A DNA stretch of 38,288 nucleotides. Source: Pseudomonadota bacterium. Lineage in GTDB: Bacteria > Desulfobacterota > JAZDOA01. Numbering within the stretch: position 1 is the stretch's first letter; each line of letters starts with the position of its first letter. The DNA is taken from contig JAZDOA010000151.1 in assembly GCA_043799175.1 (NCBI GenBank), positions 1 through 38,288 on the forward strand, written 5' to 3'. Position numbers and translations under genes: made by a program. Positions 1-9,623 of the stretch are shown one piece after another. A model generated the notes under the pieces. That model had not been told where the DNA came from. It ran no database searches and was given only the letters and a program-made list of their open reading frames with translations.

Positions 1-355
1 TGGCAAGCGGTGGTTCTTCTTCATAGCCCCTCCAGGACTTTCACCCATTGGGTGAAGCTTTGAAGTGACCATTATGCCAGTAACTTCGCTATTCCACAGC
101 ATAAAATTGCATCTATGTAAATCTTAGCCGGAGATTAGGGAGTAACCGGCCCGCGACATGAAACGGTCAGGAAGGAGACAAGGGGGGATGTCGAACGCCT
201 GCCAGTAGCCGGCGCCAGGCAGAAGCGGCGCGCCAGGCAGGGAGGACGATGACTTTCTCTTGACGGAAGGCGAGGCGGCTACATAAATAGCGATACCGGT
301 TCCACCCAAACCGCGGGCAAGGGTGAGAACGGGAGGCGGTTTAGAGGTAGCCACC

Positions 356-2203
356 ATGAGCGAAGGGAAGAGGGAGAAGGTCGCCAAGACCTCGCCAGAC
401 ATAGTTGCGGAGCGCATCGAAGCGCTGCGGGAGATGTTCCCCGAGGCCGTCAGCGAGGGCAAGGTCGATTTCGACAGGCTCCGGGCCGCCCTGGGCGACA
501 AGGTGGATGACCGGCCTGAGCGCTACTCCTTCTCATGGGCAGGCAAGCGCGACGCCATCCGCCTGCTGCAGGTGCCCAGCCGGGCCACACTGGTCCCCGC
601 CCCCGAGGAGTCAGTCAACTTCAGCGCCACCGGCCACGTTTTCATCGAGGGCGAGAACCTGGAGGTGCTAAAACTCCTCTACAAGGCCTACGCCGGCCGG
701 GTGAAGATGATCTACATCGACCCGCCCTACAACACCGGCAACGACTTCATCTACCCCGACAACTTCGCCGACCCGCTGGACACCTACCTGAAGCTCACCG
801 GCCAGAAGGACAGCAACGGTAACCTGCTCACTTCCAACCCCGAGAAGAACGGGCGGTTTCACTCCGCCTGGCTGTCGATGATGTATCCGAGGCTTTTCCT
901 GACCAGGCAACTGTTGAGGGAGGACGGGGTAATCTTTATTAGCATTGATGACAATGAAGTGCACAACCTTCGTATTGCAATGAACGAAGTGTTCGGAGAA
1001 GAGAACTTTGTCGCTCAGTTGATTTGGAAATCGAGACAAAGCGAGGACACACGAGCCAAGACGGGCGTTTCTACAGACCACGAATACATCGTATGTTACC
1101 GTAAGTCTGATGCAGGCACTCTACGTGGCACGGAAAAGGATTTGGAGAAATTCTCAAACCCGGACAATGACCCACGCGGACCGTGGCGGAGCGCTGATCT
1201 TACCGGCCTTGCCACACGCGACCGGCGACCAAACCTGCATTATGATCTTGTAGACCCCAACGCTAAGAGAATCTATGAATGTCCCCCAAAAGGATGGCGC
1301 TTTGATCCCAGTACCATGAAGAAGAAAATAGAGGAAAAGCGCATTCTGTTTCCATCGAATGGGACAGGGCGACCTCGTCATAAGCTATTCTTAAACGAAA
1401 TGAAAAGTAATTATAAGAACTTTTCTTCTGTATTGTTGGAACCTACAACGGCCGATGGCACTAGAGAGATAAATTGTCTTCTGGAAAATGGGATATTCGG
1501 TTTCCCAAAGCCCTCAGCATTACTGAAGTTGTTAGTACAGCAAGCACCATCTGATAACGATCTCGTCCTCGATTTTTTCGCTGGTTCTTGCACCACGGCT
1601 CAGGCCGTCCTGGAACTTAACCGCGAGGACGGTGGTAATCGCCGTTTCATCATGGTGCAGTTACCCGAGCCCACCGACAGGGAGGACTTTTCCACGATTG
1701 CCGAGATTGGCAAGGAGCGCATCCGCCGGGTTATCGCCAACATGAAGGTGGAGGACGAAGATAAGCTGGCCCTCCAGACTCGCGACGTGCCTGAAGACCT
1801 GGGTTTTGCCGTCTTCAAATTGGCCGAAAGCAACTATCGCCAGTGGGCAGGCGTGGAGGGCAACGACCCCGAGCGCTACGCCGAGGAAATGGCGCTGTTC
1901 GTTGATCCGCTTCTGCTCGGCTGGAGGCCCGAAAACGTCATCTGGGAGGTTGCCCTCAAGGAGGGCTACAGCCTGACGGCCCGCATCGAGCCGGTGGCCG
2001 GGATCAAAGGCAACGTGGTTCACCTTGTCACAGATTCCGACAAGGACCAGAGCTTCCGCATCTGCCTGGACAGCGAGCTAAAACCCGAAACAATCCAGGC
2101 CCTGGGCCTCACCAAGGACGACTTCTTCATCTGCCGCGACGTGGCTTTGACGGACGAACTGGCCGCCAATCTGGCCCTTCAGTGCCGCTTGAAGACGATC
2201 TGA
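356..2203 (+). CDS. mod: Type III restriction-modification system, Mod subunit (N6-adenine DNA methyltransferase)
   Basis: 626-aa ORF (track 323..2203). It contains the beta-class N6-adenine/N4-cytosine methyltransferase motif IV '[15 protein letters not shown]', and a downstream AdoMet-binding-like '[12 protein letters not shown]'. It lies immediately upstream of a Type III Res gene. ATG 356 has an AGAGGT Shine-Dalgarno sequence 7 nt upstream; GTG 323 is an alternative start. Confidence 0.85.
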   Translation: MSEGKREKVAKTSPDIVAERIEALREMFPEAVSEGKVDFDRLRAALGDKVDDRPERYSFSWAGKRDAIRLLQVPSRATLVPAPEESVNFSATGHVFIEGENLEVLKLLYKAYAGRVKMIYIDPPYNTGNDFIYPDNFADPLDTYLKLTGQKDSNGNLLTSNPEKNGRFHSAWLSMMYPRLFLTRQLLREDGVIFISIDDNEVHNLRIAMNEVFGEENFVAQLIWKSRQSEDTRAKTGVSTDHEYIVCYRKSDAGTLRGTEKDLEKFSNPDNDPRGPWRSADLTGLATRDRRPNLHYDLVDPNAKRIYECPPKGWRFDPSTMKKKIEEKRILFPSNGTGRPRHKLFLNEMKSNYKNFSSVLLEPTTADGTREINCLLENGIFGFPKPSALLKLLVQQAPSDNDLVLDFFAGSCTTAQAVLELNREDGGNRRFIMVQLPEPTDREDFSTIAEIGKERIRRVIANMKVEDEDKLALQTRDVPEDLGFAVFKLAESNYRQWAGVEGNDPERYAEEMALFVDPLLLGWRPENVIWEVALKEGYSLTARIEPVAGIKGNVVHLVTDSDKDQSFRICLDSELKPETIQALGLTKDDFFICRDVALTDELAANLALQCRLKTI

Positions 2204-2214
2204 GGGAGGAAGCA

Positions 2215-2517
2215 ATGGGACGGGCGCGAATCGCGATTCCAAAGGAGCGGGTTGCCGAGTTCTGCCGCAAGCACCACATCCGCAGGCTGGCCCTCTTCGG
2301 CTCCGTGCTGCGCGAGGATTTTGGCCCCGGCAGCGACGTGGACGTGCTGGTGGAGTTCGAGCCTGAGCACATACCGGGGCTGGCCTTCTTCAGCATGGAG
2401 GCCGAGCTGTCCAAGATTCTCGGGCACAAGGTGGACCTGAACACGCCGCAGTTCCTGAGCCGCTACTTCCGGGAGGCGGTCTTGGGTGAGGCGGAGGTGC
2501 AGTATGTCGCGGCGTGA
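2215..2517 (+). CDS. MNT-type minimal nucleotidyltransferase (HepT/MNT antitoxin component)
   Basis: 100-aa product with the nucleotidyltransferase signature '[22 protein letters not shown]' (GSx9-13DxD). A GGGAGGA Shine-Dalgarno sequence sits 4 nt before ATG 2215, 12 nt after the mod stop. The gene overlaps the downstream HepT-like ORF. Confidence 0.8.
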   Translation: MGRARIAIPKERVAEFCRKHHIRRLALFGSVLREDFGPGSDVDVLVEFEPEHIPGLAFFSMEAELSKILGHKVDLNTPQFLSRYFREAVLGEAEVQYVAA

Positions 2518-2692
2518 CGACCTGGTCCGGCTGCCGGGCGTTGCCTGGCCCCAGATAGTCAGCCTGCGCAACCGGCTCATCCACGGCTACGACTCGGTGG
2601 ACATGGACATCCTCTGGCAAATCCTCCAGCAAGACATACCCACCCTCATAGCCGAGATGGAGAAGGCTGTTTCCACGGAGCCCGAGGGCTGA
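2504..2692 (+). CDS. HepT-like (DUF86) toxin fragment, N-terminally truncated (62-68 aa)
   Basis: Contains the HepT catalytic RX4HXY motif 'LRNRLIHGY' followed by a '[15 protein letters not shown]' helix, i.e. the C-terminal half of a HepT. A stop codon at 2456-2458 in this frame means at most 68 aa (GTG 2486) or 62 aa (ATG 2504) are encoded, so the N-terminal half of a normal ~110-130 aa HepT is absent. Its TGA stop (2690-2692) overlaps the Res ATG (2692) by 1 nt. Confidence 0.5.
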   Translation: MSRRDDLVRLPGVAWPQIVSLRNRLIHGYDSVDMDILWQILQQDIPTLIAEMEKAVSTEPEG

Positions 2693-5370
2693 TGCGCTTC
2701 AAGTTCGACGCCAACCAGGAGTATCAAATCCAGGCCATCGAGGCCGTGGCAAGCCTCTTCGAGGGCCAGCCGCGCATCGAGGTTGACCTGACCTTCGGCC
2801 CTGGCGGCTTCGCCGTGGCCAACCGGCTGGAGATGGCGCGGGACGATCTTCTCAAGAATCTACAGGCCGTCCAGGTTCAGGACTCCATCCCGCCGGACAG
2901 CGCCCTGGCCTGCATCGAGGAGACAATCGAGACGGCCGAGGGAGAGAAGGCGGTCAGTTTCCCGAACTTCTCAGTGGAAATGGAGACGGGCACCGGGAAG
3001 ACCTACGTCTATATCCGCAGCGCCCTGGAGCTATTCCGCCGCTACGGTTTCCGCAAGTTCATTATCGTCGTGCCCTCGGTGGCCGTGCGGGAAGGCGTGA
3101 TAAAGACGCTGAACATCACCCGGGGCCACCTGGCCGAGCTATACGGCAACCTGCCCTATCGCTTCCACGTCTACGACTCGGGCAACCTCTCCCAGGTGCG
3201 CCAGTTCGCCCTCTCGGGCGCGGTGGAGCTGATGGTCATGACCATCGACTCCTTCAACAAGGCCTCGAACGTCATCCGCCAGACAACCGACCGCCTGCAG
3301 GGCGAGACCCCCATCCACCTTGTTCAGACGACTCGCCCTATCCTCATCCTCGACGAGCCGCAAAACATGGAGAGCGAGGCGCGGGTGAAGGCCCTCTCGG
3401 CCCTCGATCCGCTCTTCGCCCTGCGCTACAGCGCCACCCACCGTAATCCCTACAACGTCGTCTATCGGCTTACCCCCCACGAGGCCTACCGCCAGGGGCT
3501 GGTAAAACGCATCGAGGTGGCCTCGGTGACGAAGGAGGACGACGCGAACCAAGCCTTCGTGCGGGTCGAGAGCATCGGCTCCGAGAAGAACACCGTCACC
3601 GCTCGCGTCGCCTTGCACAAGCTCATGAGAAACGGGACGGTTAAAGAGACGGTGCTAAAGGTGCGGCTGGGCGACTCGCTGGCGGAAAAGGCCGAACGGA
3701 CTGAATACAGCGGCTTTGAAGTGGACGAGATAAATCCTGGCGGCGGGTTCGTGCGCTTCGCCAACAACGTCGAAGTGAGGGTCGGGCAGGCCCTGGGGGC
3801 GGACAAGGAAGCCATATTCGAGACCCAGATCGCTTACACAATCGGGGAGCACTTCCGCAAACAGGCACGGCTTAAGGATGCCGGAATAAAGGTCCTGTCG
3901 CTGTTCTTCATCGACAAGGTGGATAACTATGCCGCCGAGGATGGGGTAATCAGGCGGCTCTTCGTCAGGGCATTCGACCAGGCAAAGATGGGGTATGCCG
4001 AATGGAAGGATAAAGACGCGGCTACCATCCAGGCGGCGTACTTTGCCCAGCAGCGCCGCCGCAGCGGGGCGGTGGACATGCTCGAATCGACGGGCAAGAC
4101 GAAGCAGGACGAGGCTGCCTTCAACCTGATCATGAAGGACAAGGAACGGTTGCTTTCGTTCGAGGAGCCGGTGGCCTTCATCTTCTCCCATTCGGCCCTG
4201 CGCGAGGGCTGGGACAGCCCCAACGTCTTCCAGATTTGCACCCTGAATCAGACCGCCTCGGAGGTAAAAAAGCGGCAGGAGGTGGGCCGAGGGATGCGCT
4301 TGGCCATTGACCAGACCGGCGGCCGGGTAAGGGACGAGAAGACCAACGTCCTGACCGTCGTGGCCAACGAGAGCTACGAGCGTTATGTGGCGGGCTTGCA
4401 GTCGGAGCTTGAGGCCGAGTATGGCCAGGAGGGCCTGCCGCCCAAGCCGGCCAATGCCCGCCAGCGGGGCACGGCCAAGCTGAAGCAATTCATGCTCAAG
4501 CCAGAGTTCAAAGAGCTTTGGGAGCGCATCAAGCATAAGACCCGCTACGCGGTGACGATAGACACCGAGAAGGTGCTCCGGGAAGTGGTGCCCGCAATCG
4601 AGAAGGCGGAAATCCGCCCGCCCCGCATCAGCGTGACCAAGGTGCGGGTCGAAGTCGGCCCCGAGGAGGGCCTCAAGGCTCTGCGGGTGAGCGGCGGCAA
4701 GACGGCCCTGACCCTGGCCGGCCGGTACCCCCTTCCCAATCTCCTTGAAACCATGGTCAACCTCATGGAGCACACTACCCCGCCCGTCCGCATGACGCGG
4801 GCCACGCTCCTGGATCTGTTCAAGCGGACGGCCAACAAGGCGGCGGCCACGGCCAACCCTCATGAATTCGCCACCGTGGCCGTTCGGGTGCTCAAGGAGA
4901 AGCTGGCCGACGAGCTGGTGAACGGCATTCAGTACGAAAAGCTCAACCAATGGTACGAGATGACCCAGCTTGAGACTGAAATACCAAGCTGGATGGAATA
5001 CCTGGTCCCGGCGGAGCGCTCACTCTACGACCATGTTGTCTTCGAGTCCGAAGTGGAGAGGGAGTTTGTGCGGGGGCTTGAGAGCCGCGACGACGTGCGT
5101 CTCTACGTGAAGCTGCCCCGGTGGTTCAAGGTGTCAACCCCGGTCGGCGAGTATAACCCTGATTGGGCCATCGTTATGGAAGACCGGGACGCCCATGGGG
5201 AACCCACCGGCAAACCGCTCCTCTACCTGGTGCGGGAAACCAAGGGCAAAAACTGGCAGACCGACCTGCGCCCGGACGAGCGCCGCAAGATTCACTGCGG
5301 CGAGCGCCACTTCGCTGGGGCGCTCGGGGTGGGCTACAAGGTGGTTACGAAGGCGAGCGAACTACCGTAG
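2692..5370 (+). CDS. res: Type III restriction enzyme, Res subunit (SF2 helicase plus C-terminal PD-(D/E)xK endonuclease)
   Basis: 892-aa ORF. The N-terminus '[19 protein letters not shown]' is typical of Type III Res. It has a Walker A-like 'METGTGKTYV' and a DEAH-type motif II 'LILDEPQNM', with a helicase C region. The C-terminal nuclease motif is 'YNPDWAIVMED...LYLVRETKGKN' (PD...ExK). Confidence 0.85.
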   Translation: MRFKFDANQEYQIQAIEAVASLFEGQPRIEVDLTFGPGGFAVANRLEMARDDLLKNLQAVQVQDSIPPDSALACIEETIETAEGEKAVSFPNFSVEMETGTGKTYVYIRSALELFRRYGFRKFIIVVPSVAVREGVIKTLNITRGHLAELYGNLPYRFHVYDSGNLSQVRQFALSGAVELMVMTIDSFNKASNVIRQTTDRLQGETPIHLVQTTRPILILDEPQNMESEARVKALSALDPLFALRYSATHRNPYNVVYRLTPHEAYRQGLVKRIEVASVTKEDDANQAFVRVESIGSEKNTVTARVALHKLMRNGTVKETVLKVRLGDSLAEKAERTEYSGFEVDEINPGGGFVRFANNVEVRVGQALGADKEAIFETQIAYTIGEHFRKQARLKDAGIKVLSLFFIDKVDNYAAEDGVIRRLFVRAFDQAKMGYAEWKDKDAATIQAAYFAQQRRRSGAVDMLESTGKTKQDEAAFNLIMKDKERLLSFEEPVAFIFSHSALREGWDSPNVFQICTLNQTASEVKKRQEVGRGMRLAIDQTGGRVRDEKTNVLTVVANESYERYVAGLQSELEAEYGQEGLPPKPANARQRGTAKLKQFMLKPEFKELWERIKHKTRYAVTIDTEKVLREVVPAIEKAEIRPPRISVTKVRVEVGPEEGLKALRVSGGKTALTLAGRYPLPNLLETMVNLMEHTTPPVRMTRATLLDLFKRTANKAAATANPHEFATVAVRVLKEKLADELVNGIQYEKLNQWYEMTQLETEIPSWMEYLVPAERSLYDHVVFESEVEREFVRGLESRDDVRLYVKLPRWFKVSTPVGEYNPDWAIVMEDRDAHGEPTGKPLLYLVRETKGKNWQTDLRPDERRKIHCGERHFAGALGVGYKVVTKASELP

Positions 5371-5588
5371 GACACTGGCCGGAACGTGCGCCCGGTTCTC
5401 TCAAAGAAGTCCGCGGCACATTCGGCGCCCGCAAAAAACGGCCCTGCCGCCGTGGCGGTATTGTCTCCACGCACGTGGGGGTGAACCGAAAGAGGAAAAG
5501 CCCTAACGAATAGAAGGGGAAGAGAAAATAGAACAGACTTTTGCCAGGCGTTTCTACGCCTTGCCCGCACTTGTCTAGGCCGCGTCAA

Positions 5589-5619
5589 TTGACAAGGGGG
5601 TCCCCTCTGTCGTAAAAAT
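5589..5619 (+). promoter_or_regulatory. Candidate sigma70-like promoter upstream of zorA (TTGACA, 18-19 nt spacer, TAAAAA/AAAAAT)
   Basis: TTGACA at 5589-5594 and an A-rich -10-like hexamer at 5613-5619 in the 260-nt res-zorA intergenic region. The -10 match is weak. Confidence 0.25.
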
Positions 5620-5645
5620 GTACAGTTTGTTTGGCGGGAGGGTCG

Positions 5646-7580
5646 ATGTCCTTAGCTGGTCTGCTCCAATACTCCTGGACGATACTCGGGATTTCTGCTC
5701 CATGGTTCGCCTGGGTAGCAGCCCCAGCCATCTTCCTTCCCGTCGCTTATCTGCTTTGGAAGCTTCGGGACAGGACTCTGACCGCCGGACAACGCTGCTC
5801 GCAGTTCGCAACCAAGCTGGATGAAGTTCGGAGTCGCAGTGCCCGGAGGCCGGGCACTGGGCTGTCAGGCGAGGAGATGGAGGCCATAACACAGGTCTTC
5901 CTTGACAACGAAAGTTTCAAGGAACCCTGGCAAAGATACGAAGCGACCTCGATCATTCGCCTTACTCACGACGGCGCCGATTCCTTCTGGGCCGCCGAAA
6001 GTGCCGCCGATGCCTTCGATGAACACTCGCTCTTCGATGAGGGCATCAACAAGCAATTCTATCAAGCGGTCCCTGGGCTGGCCACAAGCGTGGGCCTCTT
6101 CTTCACCTTCTTGGCCATCCTGGTGGCCCTGATGGAGGTCCGCTCCGATGGTATCAAGGTTGCGGGGTTGTCGGGGCTGATCAACGGGCTTTCAGGCAAA
6201 TTCCTTACCTCCGTCGCCGCCCTGCTTGCGGCATCCATCTATCTGCTGGCCGAAAAACCCGTCTGGCACAGACTGACTCTAGCCCACCGTTCCCTGATCG
6301 ACGCCATCGACCGGAGCGTGCCGCGCCTCACCCCTACCCGCCTGCTCGCCAACCTCGACCGGCAGATGACGGAGCAGACCAACGCCTTCCACAGCTTCAA
6401 CACCAGCTTGGCTATCAAACTGCAGGAAAGCTTCAGCACGAGCATCGGACCCACCCTGGAGCGGATGGTCGAGTCCATTGAAGGCCTCAATCAATTTCTC
6501 AAACAAGCCGAATTGGCCCGCCAAGAAACGACCACTGGGGAAATCAAGCGGCTGCTCACGGACGTGGAACAATCCATGTCCGCTACCCTGGCGAGCATGG
6601 GGAAGCAGTTCTCGGATTCCCTCTCCGGCGACGTGCGGGGGCAGTTCAACGGCATTATCGAATCACTGGATAAATCAGCCTCCGTTATTGACAAGATGAA
6701 CAGCCAGTTGGAAGGCACGCAGGAGGCCATGAAGGCCATAGCGCAGTTGGCGAAGGAGTCCACGCTGGAGCAAATCAGTCAGGGTAGGAAACAGTCTCAG
6801 GACGTCGCCGAAGTGCTGACCGCATTGATGACCCAAATGAAGGAGGCAACCGGAGTCTCGGCCAACAACATGCTTTCGGCCATGGCTGTGGCCACGGAAA
6901 GCCTGGCTCAGAAGGTGGACTACATAAGCGACCGGATGTCTCAGCTCATCCAGGAGAGTACCGGCCAAGTCAACAAGACGGCCACGGAGGTCATTGAAAA
7001 ATCGGACCAGGTTTCAGAAGCCAACATGCGTCGCCTCACCGCGCTGCTGGAAAGGTTGGATAATCACGCCGACCAGACTGCGCGTTTGAAGCTGCTGCTC
7101 GACGAGGCCATGGGCAATCTCACCAAGGTCCTGGTCCAATACGCGGAGATCAGCAAAGATATTTTCGGCGCGACATCCAACTTCAGCCTGACGGCCAACT
7201 ATCTGAAGGGTATATCCTCCGAGGTGAAAGACACCCAGACATCTATTCGCGAGGTCTCGGAGCTCTCCGCCCGCCAGGTGGACAGGCTTGAAACGGCGTG
7301 GAAGCATGTTGACGTGACGACATCCGCAATTTCAAACTCGATGAATGACTATCAAAGGGTGTTTGATGTCGTTAAGGGTTCCTCGCAGAGCCTACTGGAT
7401 ACTATCGCGACTCATATGAATCAGTACTCTGATACCACCCGAAACCACTTTGACAGCTTGGTATCCGTGGCCAATGGACACATGACCGAAGCGGTCGGCA
7501 AACTTCGCAACATAATTGGGGAACTTGACGAGAGCATCAGTGATCTCAGTGATGCATTGTTGAAGGTTCCCAGGCGTTAG
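5646..7580 (+). CDS. zorA: ZorA (Zorya type I; MotA/ExbB-like proton-channel protein with long C-terminal coiled-coil tail)
   Basis: N-terminal TM helices. MotA/ExbB/TolQ-like channel region 'QFYQAVPGLATSVGLFFTFLAILVALMEV...GLSGLINGLSGKFLTSVAALLAASIYL'. About 420 aa of low-complexity heptad-like sequence follow, rich in Q/E/L/S, matching the ZorA tail. ATG 5646 follows a GGGAGGG Shine-Dalgarno sequence; the track ORF begins at TTG 5631. It is the first gene of a four-gene cluster. Confidence 0.7.
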   Translation: MSLAGLLQYSWTILGISAPWFAWVAAPAIFLPVAYLLWKLRDRTLTAGQRCSQFATKLDEVRSRSARRPGTGLSGEEMEAITQVFLDNESFKEPWQRYEATSIIRLTHDGADSFWAAESAADAFDEHSLFDEGINKQFYQAVPGLATSVGLFFTFLAILVALMEVRSDGIKVAGLSGLINGLSGKFLTSVAALLAASIYLLAEKPVWHRLTLAHRSLIDAIDRSVPRLTPTRLLANLDRQMTEQTNAFHSFNTSLAIKLQESFSTSIGPTLERMVESIEGLNQFLKQAELARQETTTGEIKRLLTDVEQSMSATLASMGKQFSDSLSGDVRGQFNGIIESLDKSASVIDKMNSQLEGTQEAMKAIAQLAKESTLEQISQGRKQSQDVAEVLTALMTQMKEATGVSANNMLSAMAVATESLAQKVDYISDRMSQLIQESTGQVNKTATEVIEKSDQVSEANMRRLTALLERLDNHADQTARLKLLLDEAMGNLTKVLVQYAEISKDIFGATSNFSLTANYLKGISSEVKDTQTSIREVSELSARQVDRLETAWKHVDVTTSAISNSMNDYQRVFDVVKGSSQSLLDTIATHMNQYSDTTRNHFDSLVSVANGHMTEAVGKLRNIIGELDESISDLSDALLKVPRR

Positions 7581-7582
7581 TC

Positions 7583-8236
7583 ATGGCTGGTGGCGATCAT
7601 AACTCGGGACTGGCGAATTCCTTCACAGATCTCATGACTTCCCTGGCGGTCATATTCATCCTGCTGTTGTGCGCCTCGCTCAACAACGCACAACAGGAGG
7701 GACAGAACGTCAGGGCCGCCATCATCGCGGACTTGCAACGCGAACTGCAATCGTTCTTCAAGCAAGGGGTGGAGGTCAAGAAAGACCCGCGCGACCCCCT
7801 GGGACTCATCGTGCTCGTGCCGGAAGGGCTGTTGCAGTTTGCCTTGAACGATGACAACATTCCCCAAGAAGGCAGGCGGTTCCTCAACGCATTTATCCCC
7901 AAGCTCGCCTCGACCATGCTTTCTCCAAGGTTTAGAGATGACATCAATTCCGTAGTAGTAGAGGGACATACCGACTCTTCCGGCACCGATGCAATCAATC
8001 TGCCATTGAGCCAGCGCCGCTCGCTGTCCGTGGTCATGGAGAGCCTCGGAGTGCTCGACGGAGACGCCCGAATGTGTTTCCTCAAGCTGCTTTCCGCAAG
8101 CGGCAGGGGCAGCATGGAGCCGTTCATCGACACCAAAACCGGGCATGAAGACATGGGCAAGAGCCGGCGGGTCTTTTTCAAGATAAGGGTTCGCTCCCTG
8201 GAGCAGAAGACAATCTATAAGTATATTGACTCATAA
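7583..8236 (+). CDS. zorB: ZorB (MotB-like; N-terminal TM helix plus OmpA-family peptidoglycan-binding domain)
   Basis: 217-aa ORF starting 3 nt after the zorA stop. TM helix 'LMTSLAVIFILLLCASL'. OmpA-like core 'VVVEGHTDSSGTDAINLPLSQRRSLSVV' (GHTD...G...N..LS..RA pattern). Confidence 0.75.
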   Translation: MAGGDHNSGLANSFTDLMTSLAVIFILLLCASLNNAQQEGQNVRAAIIADLQRELQSFFKQGVEVKKDPRDPLGLIVLVPEGLLQFALNDDNIPQEGRRFLNAFIPKLASTMLSPRFRDDINSVVVEGHTDSSGTDAINLPLSQRRSLSVVMESLGVLDGDARMCFLKLLSASGRGSMEPFIDTKTGHEDMGKSRRVFFKIRVRSLEQKTIYKYIDS

Positions 8237-8255
8237 AGCTTCTTAGGGGCCATGC

Positions 8256-9623
8256 ATGATCAGCCTTGAGACCTTCCGTCAGACCGAACAACTATTGAGG
8301 GCCAACCTGAAAGACCTCTCACCCGAGACTATTGCTAACTGGCCGACGACGCCCGAGACGCGGCTGAAAGACCTGGCGGCCGTGGTCGCCAGTCTCGACG
8401 TCTTGGGAATGCCTTCCCGTCCTCCCCGCACGCCCGATTATTACCTGCGGGAGTGGGCAGACTACATCGGCGGCCGCCATGACCTCAGTCCAGCCGCCTT
8501 TCGCCACCTGTGCTGGGAACCGGACGTGGCCACCTCGGAACCCTTCCTGTTATGCCTTCAGGCCGACAGCAAGAGGGTTTTGTCCCGCAAAGGGCTGCGA
8601 GGACTGGCATACAGCATCCACGCCTTGTGGTCGAAGCGCGGGTCATTGGGCGATTCCGTAAAGCTGATACGGCAGTTCCTGCGCGATTATGCGGGCTTTG
8701 ACACGGCCATCAACAAGTGGCGGACAAACATCGACTCGCTCTTCGACCTTGAGGCCCACCACGCGCTGGCCGCCCGGCTGCTGGAACAGGGCCAGAAACC
8801 AGACGCCTTCTTTCGCGAGCATTCTCTGTTCCCTTACACCGAGTTCTATTGGGCGGTGCTGCAGGCGGCCATAACCAATTCCCTCGAAGCCATGAGGCGC
8901 GCTTTTTTTTGGCACACCCACCGGTTGCCATCTCTGCTTGAGTACTGCCTGGATCTCCTCTCCGAGGAAGAGCTTCCAACCGCACTTTTCAAGAATACAA
9001 TTGCCCAGATCATCCTAAGCCCGGCGATGGAAAACCAACCTCTGGCCGACCGCGTCAAGGAATACGTACTGGATCATAAAAAGTTGGGCGACCCGCGCCT
9101 TCGGCATAACGGCATACATTGGGCCGGAATTGATGAGGCCGCCAAGGACAAGATTGTCCAATGGCTCTCCAGGGCAGACATCATCTTCTTTTTCGAGCAT
9201 GTCATGCAGCGGGGAGAGGACCGCCACGGCCGGAAGGACTTCTGGCTAAGATACGAAAAGAAGTTCCGGAACACCAGATGCCTTCTCTCCCCCAATGACA
9301 AAGCCCGGTTGAGTTCCGTATTCCATCGGCGTGAATCTCGAATAGAGGGTTACGGGAGCGTGCGCGGTGGCCTTAACCAAAGCGCCTTCCTGCTGGACTT
9401 TGGCTCGGTACTGGCCATCGAGTTTCACAAGGTTGGGGCATGCTACGTCTATAAGCGTCCTGCCCTTCCAGACGTACTGCAAAGCGGCTTGAGAAGTTCG
9501 GAGCACTTCTGGGAAGGGGAACTGAAGGACCAAGATGCCGCTGCTGACCGCATTGTTCATCGCCATGGTTGGCAGGAAAAGATGGCTCAGTGTCTCGCCA
9601 GGCACCAGATCTGGGCCGGATGA
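8256..9623 (+). CDS. zorC: ZorC (EH-signature-domain protein of type I Zorya)
   Basis: 455-aa ORF sitting between the MotAB-like pair and the SNF2 protein, as in type I Zorya. It contains Glu-His dipeptides in conserved-looking contexts ('FFREHSLFPY', 'FFEHVMQRGEDRHG'). It has no other recognisable catalytic motif, so the assignment rests mainly on synteny. Confidence 0.5.
   Translation: MISLETFRQTEQLLRANLKDLSPETIANWPTTPETRLKDLAAVVASLDVLGMPSRPPRTPDYYLREWADYIGGRHDLSPAAFRHLCWEPDVATSEPFLLCLQADSKRVLSRKGLRGLAYSIHALWSKRGSLGDSVKLIRQFLRDYAGFDTAINKWRTNIDSLFDLEAHHALAARLLEQGQKPDAFFREHSLFPYTEFYWAVLQAAITNSLEAMRRAFFWHTHRLPSLLEYCLDLLSEEELPTALFKNTIAQIILSPAMENQPLADRVKEYVLDHKKLGDPRLRHNGIHWAGIDEAAKDKIVQWLSRADIIFFFEHVMQRGEDRHGRKDFWLRYEKKFRNTRCLLSPNDKARLSSVFHRRESRIEGYGSVRGGLNQSAFLLDFGSVLAIEFHKVGACYVYKRPALPDVLQSGLRSSEHFWEGELKDQDAAADRIVHRHGWQEKMAQCLARHQIWAG

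Noticed and set aside
3655-4950. Long antisense or alternative-frame ORFs throughout the window (e.g. 3655..4950 opposite res; 14159..15172 opposite the SPFH gene; 15651..17204 opposite the HK; 18228..19607 opposite kaiC; 24626..25576 opposite mtgA; 27811..30231 and 29640..30941 opposite sbcC/sbcD; 34869..36221 opposite rsmD/fba)
   Set aside because: In high-GC DNA, stop codons are rare in all frames. In every case the opposite-strand or other-frame gene carries unambiguous catalytic motifs, while these ORFs translate to Arg/Ala/Gly/Pro-rich low-complexity sequence with no motifs.
5334-5588. Small ORFs in the res-zorA intergenic region (5163..5513, 5195..5506, 5334..5588) and a purine-rich tract (~5490..5545)
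   Set aside because: These overlap the res 3' end or each other, have no Shine-Dalgarno sequence or motifs, and are consistent with random ORFs in GC-rich DNA. The purine-rich tract has no recognisable repeat structure.
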